A stretch of 57,272 nt of DNA, the filler included, from Sluysia triapertura (taxonomy: Eukaryota), in the NCBI GenBank assembly GCA_046118255.1. It is 4 parts of 4 records of this genome, joined end to end, with 100 filler letters (N's around TTAATTAATTAA, not from the genome) between each part and the next. Parts side by side here need not be neighbours in the genome. Positions count along the whole stretch, not along the records: positions 11,431 to 26,017 come from JBJNIA010254413.1; 3 more parts are not named here. The stretch is one strand, 5' to 3'. The translations under genes and the position numbers were made by a program. The notes beneath the pieces were generated by a model, which made no database searches, was not told where the DNA came from, and worked only from the letters and a program-made list of their open reading frames with translations. Of the stretch, positions 12,777-26,117 are shown one piece after another. Numbering within the stretch: position 1 is the stretch's first letter; every line of letters begins with the position of its first letter.

Positions 12777-14699
12777 CGTCTAACAATTTTAGATTCTTAT
12801 AGTTACTATTACCATCATGGCACTTTAGGCCTTTTTACACCAACATTTATACTAAGGATTGATACTAAATGATATTATATGTTCTTGACTATATCCTTAC
12901 TTATGTATGACCATGTTTGACAATTTATAAGGCTTGATTCTGTTAACTCAAATTCTTTCTATCCAACAAAATAACTAAATGAAGATATGAAGGGTTTATA
13001 AAAATATTAAGATTTTCCTTGATATTTACTTTAACATTTTTAACAAGATCTTAATGCTACCATTAAAATAGGAAAATAGATAAGAAAGTTACGTATACTT
13101 AACCCTTACTTTAAATAAGAAAGATACCTATAAAATATAAACTTACACATTTTACTGTAAAATAGAATCGATCTAGTTAGTCTCAACAAAGGATGCCACA
13201 GAAGTTAACAATTGGAGTATCAATTTGTTTTCAAATCAATTAGCAAACTAACATTGTTGATAATATTCTATTTTATCATTATGTTATGTACGATTTAATA
13301 ATTTTAATAATTATGTCCTCTACAAATATTAAAAGAGTTATTTCTTCTATAATTTTAAAAAACAATTACTTCAAATAATAATAATAATATTTGTAATAAA
13401 TAATTTACAAATACATTACATAATTAACTGTCGGATTAATTGGAAATTAAAGTGAATAAATTATGAATAGCTTAAAGATATCACATTATACGGGATTAGT
13501 AAAGAAATTAATTAAAAACACAGTTGAATTAGCTTAAAATAGATATATTAGAAGAAATTCCAGAGAAAAACCTTGCATTATATCCTCAATATAATAGATT
13601 TAATCAATATTGATAATTCTAAAGTGACAGAAGACCTACAGTAAGCCTTAGTAAGTAATAATAATGATAATAATAGTAATAGTGATAGCAGTAACATTAA
13701 TAATAATAATAATAATATTGATAATAAAAATACTACTACTAATAATAATAATAAAAGTAAACTATTTACAATAATAAGTATCTTATAATTATAATAATAT
13801 GTTTGAGTAGCAATATGATGTGATGTGATTATAAATCTATCTAGAGTTTTAAATATGAAAAATATTTTATCATATAGAAACATAAACCAACGACAAACTA
13901 TTTCATATTTCAAAACTCTTGATATAATTCAGAGTACCATTTTGAGATGTTGACAATAATAATATGGATTTTGTTTTATTTAATCAATTTTCGTTATTAA
14001 AATTAAATCTTTTTATCTAATTAAAATACTGTTTGATCAGTAACAGAAGTATGTAATACCAACAAGAAATATTATTTTCTGTCATTTGTAACAAACTAAC
14101 ACACGGAAAAAAGAAAGTATTTTCAAAAGCTTAATATGTAACATGTTTAATAACACAACGTTAGTAGTATTCAGTTTCGTTTTTTAATCACTTAAAATAG
14201 ATTTAAGTGGAAATTATAATTTGTAAGATTAAAAATGACACTGTCGCGATCATTTGGCCAATTAAATTCGTTTGAAAAAGCTTGTAATGAAAATATATTC
14301 TATTACATAAGTTTGCATGTTTATTAAATTACATAAACAAAAATAAATTGTTAATTAATTATTAATTGTTTTAGTTTTTATTATTTTCATTATTTATTTT
14401 ATTATTTTTATTATTTATTTAATTATTTTCAGTTTTTAATGTTTTACTCATATATTTAAACTCTTAAATAATAGCGCCAGAATTACAAAAAACATTTCTA
14501 AATTATTACATTAAAGTGCCGGATATTAACTACTGACTATATTAAGTACATTAACTACTGACTTTTATAAACTGTTTGTGAATCTTTCATTGTACATTTC
14601 AAAGACTCTATTTTCAGAACTTCTTGTCGCACAAGAATATCATCCTTCTATATGTAGTTTCATAATCACGATGAACAAAGGAAATATTCGAACGATTTT

Positions 14700-14905
14700 T
14701 ACAATTTATTTCGTTTTTTTCAGTAAGTATATTAATACGATGGTGTGCTCAAAATTGCTAACTATATAGGAATGAATCATATTTAGTACTGTCAGAAGTG
14801 AGATGATTAATCAATGCTAATATCTCTTGTATTATATATCTTTCATTAAACAATGACTATGAAAGATATTAGACAAAAATGAAATTTTAGAAAATTTTGC
14901 TACAT
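14700..14905 (+). mobile_element. Possible hAT transposase C-terminal (dimerisation) relic
   Basis: Broken translation CSKLLTI...KILDKNEILENFAT resembles hAT C-termini (FSKLKLI...LDxxxIIxxFA). Confidence 0.3.
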
Positions 14906-15958
14906 GAGTTAAAATGTTAAACATCATAAAAGACTTCAAATTCAATAACAATCATGCTTTTGTTTACATAATTTACATGTCAATAATTTAATTTCAATAA
15001 TGGTAAATTAAATATTAAATCAGAATCAGAATACAGAATAATTTATTATTTTTTGAGTACAATGATATACTTAAATATCTTACAAAAATGTGTTACTTAT
15101 TTTAGAAAATAGATAAATTTAAGTAATAAATAAATTAGTAATTAAATTAGTAATTTAAATCATTAATAAATAAACAATTACTAAGAAAAACATATATTAT
15201 GTAAAAAAAAACAAATAATAAAAAATAACGTTTTTCAGAAAACTACTTTTTGAAATGTATTATTATATTTCCGTTAAAAAATCAATAACAGGAATTCAAT
15301 ATAATAATGCATTAATTGTTTCCTATTAAAAAATTCTCACTTTATTTTCCATTGAAAAATTTCCGCAAAATCAAAAAATACTGAAAGTAAAAACAACTTT
15401 TTAATGTTATTTTTTAGTTTTAATTGTAAAGAAGATTTAATTAAATATTATTAATAATAAAATTGATATTAATAATAATAATAATAATAATGATTATGAT
15501 TATAAAATTGAACTTATTGTTTTTTAAATACCGAATTTTATTTATATATGAAAAATAATAATAATAAAACTTTTAATAATAATTGTAATACTAATATTAA
15601 TTTCTCATATTTTTCTTATTGTCTTTTTTAAAACACCTTGGATGATTAAGCACGTAACACTGTTAAATTTCCCATTCCATTCGTCACTGATTTATCGTCA
15701 AAAGTCACAACAACAATAACAAAAACATTATATGTAAGTATAATTTATTTTTTTAATGAAGTGTAATTTCAATTTGAAAAAAATAAAAAAAAACACAATT
15801 CTACGTTTTGTTTTAATTGATAAATTTATTATTTACATTACTATTACTATTATTATTTTCATTATTATTATTATTTAGTTTTATTAAATGTTCACGCCCA
15901 TTTAAAAATAAAAATTAAACACAAGTATTTATTAAGTAGTTTTTATCACGGTAATGTG

Positions 15959-15998
<40 letters not shown>

Positions 15999-16329
15999 TT
16001 AATATTTTTATAATATCTAATAATATAAAAATACGATTTAAAATCACATCTTATCATTGTCCAATGATAGGTCAAGGTCAAATATGAAAAATAATTTAGA
16101 AACTATGAAATCGATTTTTTGGGTTTGTGATGAAAAATAGATAAATAATACATTTACAAGACAAAGTACAAATTATGTTTGGCCAATGAATACTATATCT
16201 CACAACAATACATTGATACACGTTAGTATACTCACAAGAACGTTTTATAAACCACCTCAAAAAAGTCGAACAAGTTCTGAATCGCTAACCAATTATATTC
16301 GATCTTAGTAAGAAAGAAAATGTATTGTT

Positions 16330-16612
16330 TAAAGTGACCATATTTTTAGATGGGCAAAGCGGGACAAACTCTGAAGACTTACATTAATTTTCTATGGTAA
16401 TTTAGAGATTTGTTTAATATTTATTTGTTTAATTAGCTTGCTAGCACGTAGTACGAACACGAAGTGTATCATCTGAGTGACAAATACAAAAGCAATATGT
16501 TAGTCGTCGTAGCCAGTAAGATTCTTAGAACGCAAAACAATGATTTTCATAATATATAAAATTTAACTTAATTCTAAAAGTTTGGACTTTTGAAAGACGT
16601 CTGGTCACCTTA
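16330..16612. mobile_element. hAT-Blackjack-like MITE
   Basis: TIR TAAAGTGACCA / TGGTCACCTTA, CGGGACA subterminal motif, 8-bp TSD gtattgtt/ctattgtt (7/8). Confidence 0.8.
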
Positions 16613-16892
16613 CTATTGTTTGATAAAGAATCGTTGGAATGTTACTACACTTACTATATATCTTTTGCCATTGATAATTGAAACATTTGTTTTCTGAATA
16701 TCTTCCGTTAATTTACTTTTTGTTTACATCGACTATAATATTGTATATATCATAATAATATTAATAATAATATTTATTATCATTAATCAGAACCATTTAA
16801 AATTCATTTTATCGTAACTTTATTGATTAATAATACAGAGAAACTTTGATGTTGTCAGACGATTATATTAAAATATCATCATTTTAGTGCTA

Positions 16893-17740
16893 CCGTGGTG
16901 GTCAGACTATTAGACTAAAACAGGAAAAATATTTTTCTCTGATAATCACAGTGTTAAGCTGCTATCCTGACCCGGAAACTCTCCGGACATGAATCCCATA
17001 GAAAATCTGTGTGAGATTGTCAAAATGAGAGTTTCTACCCATAAACCAACCACAGGACGGAACTTATACTGAAACGCTGATAAAAGTATGACATCAAAAT
17101 GACGAAATCAAAGGACCAGGAAATTATTGGATAATAAAGTACTGATACAACAGTTTTGAAAAAACCTCTTCCATAGCTTTTCCTTATTGTGCAACGTATT
17201 CCCATTTCATCTAAAAAGATCACATGGTTTTCTTCTAGTGGAAGAATCAAATCAGCATATTGTTTTCTTTTTTTCAGTATTAGCTTCTGCATTTTTAAAA
17301 CTACCAATCGCTCCGTTAATTGTTGAAATAGATCGATTTATGTTCAAGTTTGAAGATAGTTTTTCCGTCATTCTTTCCAGTATTATTGAAGCATGATCTT
17401 CAATTATTTTCATTCTCTCCGATTTTCGTTGTGTTAGTTTTTCCATTTTCAGACATTCTATACATTAATAACTATTGCGTATTTCATTTATAACTTATAG
17501 CCTAAAAATCCGGATTAAATTAAATGTCAAGGAGCTTAAATTCAATGAAAAACCCTATATTTTACTTTCACTGGAATGTTTCGGAGAAAGTAGTTACTTT
17601 CCAACATTTTACATTATCCGTGGCAAATGTCGGCAAATGGTATGTATTTATACACTTTTGATTAATAGTTTCATAGTATCCTTGAAAAGATGTTGAATTT
17701 TTGAAAAATGGTCTTTAGTCTAATAATTTGGCTACCACTG
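16893..17740 (+). mobile_element. Internally deleted Tc1 element
   Basis: TA-flanked ~26-bp TIRs (CCGTGGTGGTCAGACTATTAGACTAAA / rc CAGTGGTAGCCAAATTATTAGACTAAA); DDE remnant PGNSPDMNPIENLCEIVK at ~16971. Confidence 0.8.
17165..17446 (-). mobile_element. IS630/Tc1-family (DDE_3-like) transposase fragment nested antisense inside the Tc1 element
   Basis: HTH-like segment (LERMTEKL...INRSISTINGAI) followed, after a frameshift, by HVIFLDEMGIRCTIRKSYGR (first catalytic Asp motif). Confidence 0.6.
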
Positions 17741-18472
17741 TACATGTAAATTAAAGTTATTGATATGTGATTTACAACTTTATTAGGTAGAGGAAAATTA
17801 TCTTCTGCATATGCTCTCTTCCTTTATCAAAATTTCTGAAGTTGTTGTTGTTGTTGTTTATGATGTAAATATTAAATATTAAATATTTCTTTTCTAAAGA
17901 TATTAAAACTATTTAATAGTATGTATGTATTCAAGCATTCCAGAGATTAAATAAGAATGAGCCTTTAGTATAGTTTATTTAATTGATTCATTTTTCAATG
18001 TTAATATAGAGCATCCTGTATCATTAAATAATATTAATAATAATAGTAATAATAATAATGATAATAATAATGATAATAATAATGATGAAGATTATGATAA
18101 TTATAATAATAAATGTTAATAAATTAATAATAATAATAATAATAATGATAATTATAATGATAATAATAATAATACAGTAGCAATAATTAATAATAGAAAA
18201 TGTTCTAATAATTTATATTTAATTTTACTTCAACATCTGACGAATTTGTTTCACTTATCACACATTTTATGTCTTGTAAGTGCGAGAAAAGTGTTTGAAA
18301 AGGAAACAAATTATTTCGTAATTAAAAGTTTTTGTTTGTTGTAATATATCTTTTGTAAGACTTCAACTTTTTTTTTAAGTTTAGAATTCAAAAACAAAAA
18401 CATTACGTTTTTAAAACAAAATGTATATTCATTTTAGTAATGTTTTAATTAATGTTTTAATTTTCTCTTGTG

Positions 18473-18803
18473 NNNNNNNNNNNNNNNNNNNNNNNNNNNN
18501 NNNNNNNNNNNNNNNNNNNNNNNNNNNNNNNNNNNNNNNNNNNNNNNNNNNNNNNNNNNNNNNNNNNNNNNNNNNNNNNNNNNNNNNNNNNNNNNNNNNN
18601 NNNNNNNNNNNNNNNNNNNNNNNNNNNNNNNNNNNNNNNNNNNNNNNNNNNNNNNNNNNNNNNNNNNNNNNNNNNNNNNNNNNNNNNNNNNNNNNNNNNN
18701 NNNNNNNNNNNNNNNNNNNNNNNNNNNNNNNNNNNNNNNNNNNNNNNNNNNNNNNNNNNNNNNNNNNNNNNNNNNNNNNNNNNNNNNNNNNNNNNNNNNN
18801 NNN
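18473..18803. other. Scaffold gap
   Basis: Run of N. Confidence 0.99.
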
Positions 18804-18888
18804 GGTAATAAAAATAACATAATTATAAACATTACTGCAATCATTTTAATGTTGATCATAAATGTCTCTAAATCACGCAATAAAATAA

Positions 18889-18953
<65 letters not shown>

Positions 18954-21900
18954 TTTTTCTATGATTACTGTAGTCTAGTGAATGTCTAAGAAATATGAAC
19001 AGAAAAGGATCGGTAGACCAAGAGAAATAGAAATTACAAAAAGATAAGTCTGGCAGAAGTGAGAGACTTTTACATTATAGTTAATATTAGAATTTAGAAT
19101 GAATTGAAATTAAACCTTGTAGATATTCCTAAACATGGAACAGTCTCATTATGTAACTTGATAAGGATTACTGAAACTTCATGTCAATCAGAAAGAAATC
19201 ATCTAAATAATTTGATGTACTATATTTGTATCGAAAATTAGAAATACAGTTGTATTAGTATTCGCAAAATAGTGAACATAATTATCAGTTTTCATTATTT
19301 AATTTTTAATTAAGTTGCTCCAATGAAATCTGATTTCGTTTTCATTGGGTAGGCAACAAATTCACTGTGTGGTGACTATTATAATTGAATGTCGTGTGGA
19401 TAAAATGAGGACTGAATTTTTAATTTAAATTATGTTCATTGTTATTAAAATAAACCAATAATATCTTAGTAAAGTTATAAAAGATATTTAACAATCTTAT
19501 ATAAAAACGTATCGTAAAGAATTACTGATATTCGATATTAGAATTCGAAATATTAAATAACTTTCGAAAATAATAAAATTACGAAAAGCCGAAGTGAATA
19601 TACTTTTAAGATGGAATAATTTGCATAAACTTTTGTGATTAAATGATGTATAACGAGGGTTAGAATAAGAAGTTGTATGAAATATAATATTATAACCTTT
19701 GTATTATATTATAGAATGAATTAAATTAAGTTCTGAAGTCATGATTTGAAGGTTAACTGATGAATATATTTTAAAATAGATTTTCTCGAGATCTATGTAG
19801 AATGTAAAATGAGTTGTAAGATTTTACATGATATTTTTGTGATTGTAAATGATTTGTGTAGGAAATGTGTAGAAAAATAATAATATTGCTATATTTACAA
19901 GATAAAGATCAATTCAATTATATTTCCCGCTAAAGAAATTCAAATAAAGAAATTCAAATTCAAATATGAACAAGTAGCCATATTAATTATTCGAATTTAT
20001 TAGTTTACCAATTAATTTGTTAATGACAAAATCACAGAGGATAAATTCTATATTTAATAAAAGATATCACTGTTTCTCCACCATTGTGTCGCGGATTCGC
20101 GGCTTAGTATAAATAATATATAATATATTATAAATATAAACTACATACAAAAAAAATCAATTTATACAATCAGAACACTAATTAACGCCAATAGTGTTTG
20201 TCTTTTATTCCTTAGCATTCTTTTATGTAATAAAACATTGGGTCGCAGGTAAAAAGGTTGAGCAATGCTTTTATAGATGACAATCCAGTTAGGATTATTA
20301 AATAAAGTTGCGTGTATGAATATAAAAATTACTTTCTAAAAAACCCCATGATTGTTCATTAAATTTTGCAAAAAATATACAATTAAAAGTATCTTTTATT
20401 AGGCTGCTAATCGAAAAATTATTTGCAGTTTCGAAAAATACGTTCTTTAGGACAAAGTGAAGTTTGTAAGAACATAAATAAATGTAAGTAGTGCTTAACT
20501 AATTTAGAATTTATTTTGAACATTTTGAAACAATCTTTTGTTCTGGATCATTCTACAAAAATCATAAATTCTAATCTATTGTGATTAGTCACTGACTAAT
20601 ATAAATACTACCTTCAGTGATTGTCATATTGAATCCATTGATCCAATTCTATAAAAGAATGGATCAGATTTGTGTAAAGAAAGCTTCTGTTTCTGTCTTC
20701 ACTCAGTTCATGTTGGACCTACTATCCATCTTTAACTTCATGAACCAAATGAGTTAATATCATTTGTTTATTCTGCTACATAATAATACATGTATGAAAA
20801 CATAAACGCAAATGGTTCCGCAGATCAAGAGAACTAGCAATGACAATATAGCAGGTATAGAAAGGTCATTAGTGCTATTTCTAGTGAATGGATATTAAAC
20901 TGAGTGAATTTTATTAGAATTTTTACAAACTAATATCACTATGAATCATAGAGTGAGCTTTTGAATTGTTCAGCTAGAGAATGTGCTCACCAGGACAGAG
21001 TTTTATTTATGTAAGAATTTATCCTGAGTAAATTCATAATGATAAAATTTTAACTGAAACCCAATATTATTCTAATAAAGTCTAATTCCAAGAGATAATT
21101 ATTTGTGTTTACTTCATCGTTACAGAAGCCATTGGAGTCGCACTTTATTTTCTATCTATACGACACTGAATTGTTTCAATGATTGTCTTTGTTTTATTGC
21201 AAGGTTTATTATTTAGTAGTAATGAAAAATTTAATTGTGGATGGATAGAATATATTTTTCATCACAAAATCATATCTGTGACAAAAAATGGTGCGCCGCT
21301 AATCATTATCTGATGACAACACTACAATGTTGATGTTATAATAAAACAATTATTGTTTATTAAATTTATTGTTTTTATTAATATTTATTATAGTATTATA
21401 ATATAATTATAAGTTTTCTTTGTTTAAGTAAGGTTAAAATCTAAATAATTTTATAAACAATTGAGTACCAGTCTTAATCTACGAATAAAAAGTTAAAATC
21501 ATGTTTATTTTTATACATGTGTGTGTGTATTGTTTTCTATTGCAATTGTGTTACGTCTACCTTACATGCGAATCCTGTTCATATCTTTGCAAATCGATAG
21601 TACTATTTCATAAATAAACATTATTTTATTTTAGTTTTCGTTTGCAAGTTAAATTCGAAAAGAGGTAAAAGTAATTATAATTGTAGTCACATTAAAGGAG
21701 ATTTGTTAATAATAAGTTAGGTAGAATATTTATAGTGACTTCTAAGCTTTATAACACAGGGTTATATTCAGTGATAAACAATAATTAAGACTATTAAGAT
21801 AACGTTAGACCCTTTGGTGAAATTGATAAGTAGGCGATATAACGCCTATGCCTCACACTATAGGCGAACCATCCAAGAAATAAAACATAATTATATTTAT

Positions 21901-22033
21901 AATTAGTTACTTTCATAACCTTATAACATTATTACTTTTGAATTATCGAATGGTTTTACTAATACATGTAATTCGTATAAAATTAAATTTCCATGAATAA
22001 ACAATAAAAATTATAAATGTTTCTCATAAATTC

Positions 22034-24657
22034 TGAATTTATTTATATTTTATTATTTATTTTATGTTTTTATTAAAAATTACAAACGCTGTAAATATTA
22101 TCGAAATAAAAAAATTATAAATGGATTAAAAACTGTAAATAAAATTTAATTATTTTAATTTACAAATAAAACAGAACATTCTGATGCAGGTTGTTTTAAT
22201 TAACTAAATTTATAAATATAAGTTATTTTACAAAGCATACTCACAAGTTACAGAATCGCCATTTTGATATTTCACGCAACTTTTGTTAGACAAAGTATAT
22301 TTTTTTGCGGGACAAAGAGAAATTACACAAAAAACAATGCTATTCAAGTTACAATTACTATCGCTTATATTCGACAATTGGTTTATGATGATGAAATAAT
22401 CATTTATATTCGGCAGCACCATTAACTTTATCCATTAAGTAGTAAGTTTACTTTAAACAGATTAAATAGATTATGATTTAAATAGTAAGAGTTATCAAAT
22501 ATACTTAAAATTTTCCATTTTCAGTTGGTCCTAAGATCAATTGTAAAATCCTATTAAACTCTAAATTCATTTAATTTTCGTTGATCGAGTCTTCGGGCTA
22601 GATCATTTGCCTAGAAGTAAATTACTATTATTATTATTATCATTATTTATTATTATTAATTCATATTCTTATAATTTGTGTAAATTTAACTTATTTAGTT
22701 TTTATAATACACTTTCGATAATAATATGAAAAATATAACAATATAAACATTCATAAAATAATGACGTTTGATCTCTCTTTATTGCTAAAGTAATATTACG
22801 ATAAAATTTGGTTATAATCTTAATCTTAATCTATTTATATAGTTGAAGTAATTTGGTGAATCGCATAAGATCTCAATCTAAATTACCACGTTAGAAAATT
22901 CAGTGATAAGCGAGTTTTTATAAAGAATACTTTAGTCGTTATTATTTTACTTAGTATATTGTGTTTTAGTGTATAATTTATTTGCAATTAACATACATTT
23001 GTTTAGTTGCATTTCCTAGAAATTTCTTGGTAATACACAATGAAGTAAAGGTATCTTTTGCATCGTTTTTTCTTGGTCGACCAGGACCTCTCTTTATAAT
23101 ATTTGTTTCCTTATCATTAGTTTCAATATGAGGGTCACTATTAAAATCAATTTTGTATTCTGGTTTCTTCTTTATAATTTCATCATTAATTTCTGTATTA
23201 TTTATGAGTACATCAGTATCATTTTCCATTAACTGTTTCATGTTTTATCTAAATCTATATTATCAAATATATCTATAGTAATAATAGGTTCATTCGGTAC
23301 CGCGTAAGCAATAAATTCTTTTATTATTTCATCGTGGTTTCCTAACGTATAACCGTAATCATTCAAAAATGCATCTCGTTATAATGTTCTATCATGATAA
23401 TATAACGTTATATCTGTTATCGAAATATCATTCGATCTAATTATATCATTAATTTTTTCTACTATTCTGGTCACTGGTAATTCTATAAAAACGTTAATTG
23501 ACTCATTAATTAACACATTTATTTTCGTTACTACACTGGGTTCTTTGACCCTTTCCATTTGACCAATTTTTGTTAACAATGTCCTAGCTTTTGCTTTATA
23601 ATATCTGTTTTCTTGACTTAAAATTACTAAATTCGATTTAATACTTTGTCCATCAATCCAAGACATATCTGAAGTGAGTAAATTATCCATACTTTTATCA
23701 ATATCTTTTGCTTGCACAACGCCATTTTGTAAATCTTTAAGAAATCTTTGCGTATTCACACTTAAAGCCGATTTGGGTTTATTTACTTCTTTTTCTTCAT
23801 TAACTGAAATTATAATTATTTCGTATTTTTACTTCTTAGATTTTTATCATTTTTATATTCGTCATCTTTCGGTACTCGATGGGTATCATTTGTATTTTTA
23901 TTCTATTCCTCCAAAATTTCTTCCGCTCTCTTGTTTTCTTCTATTTTAAATTTATCTTCTTCTGTTTTGATAGTGCTATTCTTCATTTCTTCTTTTTTCT
24001 TTAAAAATTTTAAAACTTCTTCACATAAATAGTTTACGAATGTTTCATCTTCATATTCTTGTTTTCTCCTTGACCTATTCTGTTTTTCTTCATCATCGTC
24101 ATCTAATTTTTGCCCCTGGTATTCTTGCATTTTTTGTTTCATCTTTGTTTCATTTTCTGTCAAACTACCCCAACTTCTTCCATATCAATTTCCTTCATAT
24201 TCTTCACCATAGCTGTCATAATCATCATTTTATTATGTTTCATAGTTATAATTTGCTTGTGTCTTTCATTTTTATTATTTTTTATATTAAGCCTTACTTT
24301 CTTAATGGAGCTTGTTCTCTTACTGGTTGATAATTTTGCATCCTAGTTAGCTCCTGGTTAAAGTGTCTGATTTTAATTTCTTAGAATTTCGTGCGTAGTG
24401 TCCTTTACTATTACAATTTTGACATAAAAATTCTACTTCTACGTTAATTTTAGTTTTATTATTATAATTAGTAATTATCTCTGGACTCTTATTTCTATTT
24501 ATAAATTCTTTGCTCAAATTCTCTTGTTTCATTAAAATAATTAAATTTTATTTACAGTTTTTAATCCATTTATAATTTTTTTATTTCGATAATATTTACA
24601 GCGTTTGTAATATTTAATAAAAACATAAAATAAATAATTAAATAAATAATAAATTCA
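22034..24657 (-). mobile_element. Composite gag-like element bounded by ~125-bp inverted repeats, containing one LTR-like block
   Basis: 22034-22160 is the near-perfect reverse complement of 24531-24657 (ends TG...CA). Internal minus-strand ORFs carry CQNCNSKGHYARNS and KRGPGRPRK. 22135-22605 is homologous to the LTR-like block at 5140-5665. Confidence 0.75.
22978..24532 (-). pseudogene. Disrupted ~500-codon Gag-like ORF (degenerate CCHC knuckle, charged region, unknown domain, AT-hook)
   Basis: Four consecutive same-strand ORFs (24532-24347, 24163-23903, 23759-23379, 23241-22978) linked by coding-like spacers with stops and frameshifts. Confidence 0.6.
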
Positions 24658-24854
24658 AACATAAATAAAAATGTTAATTCACAACCTTACAATTCTTAGA
24701 AACGTCATTGAAATAAATTTCACATATTTTATTTAAATAATATGCAAAGCTAAATATTTATTGAAAGGTAAATTTTAAATTATTTAAAACAAATTGAAAA
24801 TTGTTTTATAAATTTGTGCCAATAAAACTTTAAAAAAATAAAAAAAAGACAAAC

Positions 24855-25021
24855 TTCTCTTGGCGATTGTTCTGCTACATAAGCTTCGTATATTTGTGCT
24901 GCTTTTTGCTGCATCATTTTAGGACAATTAATAGAACGATATGCTTGACATTCGGCCCAGAATTCCAAATTTTCGTCACTAAATTCCGATCGTAGAAATT
25001 CAAAGAACAACATTATACCAT
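24855..25021 (-). CDS. Internal exon of a regulator of G-protein signalling (RGS domain) gene
   Basis: GIMLFFEFLRSEFSDENLEFWAECQAY...KAAQIYEAYVAEQSPRE is the RGS signature; bounded by tttgtag| and |gtttgt. Confidence 0.9.
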
Positions 25022-26017
25022 CTACAAAGAAAAGTAACACACATTTCGAGAGCAGTATAAAATAATATCGATGAATCATATTTTTAATTTGTATAATTTT
25101 TTCATAACTGAAAACAATTTAAATGTCAATCCTCTATTTTTATTGAGTCAAAATAACATTCACAATACATAATATAATTCATTTTTTAGAAAGAAATGAA
25201 TAGTTTTAACTTTTTTCAAATGGGATCAATTGGAAAATTTTTTTACGCATCTATCTAAGTCGAATACCTCGAAATGTTCGAATTTCGATAAAAATAAATA
25301 TTTCGAACTTTTAATCATTTCAAGGTGATACTATCTGCAATATGAACGAATTCCTGCGAAGATATTTCATTATTACGACCTTCAGACGTAGCCTCATTTG
25401 TGTACTCCCAAAAACAGAAAAATCATTTCTTCGATTGAGAAAATGTGATAAGTTTACTTCTACGGATCCATATTTCCTCATTTAGCAACTGTTATGTTGT
25501 CTAATTGAAATGGGACACTTTTTCCAACCAAATACAATTTCAAAAGATTAGTATGAATAATTTGCTTCTATTTATTTTAACAATGTTGCTAATATGTGTC
25601 AGGAAATGATTTAATCGTCACATTTCCTAATGCATTTATTTAATGTTAACTGTTTGCAATATTATTAAGATTGTTACTAATACTTACCAAACATTTAATT
25701 ACAAAAATGTGCTTCTATCTGCTAAAAATTGTAAAACTTTACAAAATGAAAGCGAATCAAATTCATTTAGATTAAACAAGATCAAAAGGAAAATGAAATT
25801 GATTCATACAATTACGATTCAATTAGTCACACAAACAATCAATAGCTAATGAAAATAATTTATTATTAAAAATGGCTATTCTTCGACACATTAACTACAC
25901 TCACATTCGTTCTGATTGGTCATTTTGGTGACATTGAAATAAGTAATAAACTATTCGTAATTGTTTCTTATTTTTAAAACTTAATAGGAAATATAAAAAT
26001 GAATATTTTATCAATTA

Positions 26018-26117
26018 NNNNNNNNNNNNNNNNNNNNNNNNNNNNNNNNNNNNNNNNNNNNTTAATTAATTAANNNNNNNNNNNNNNNNNNNNNNNNNNN
26101 NNNNNNNNNNNNNNNNN
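26018..26117. other. Artificial contig spacer
   Basis: 44N-TTAATTAATTAA-44N. Confidence 0.95.

Noticed and set aside
18421-18989. Long ORFs in the track
   Set aside because: Artefacts of N-runs and (AAT)n.
23674-24346. Plus-strand hydrophobic ORFs
   Set aside because: Antisense shadows of the E/K-rich minus-strand ORF.
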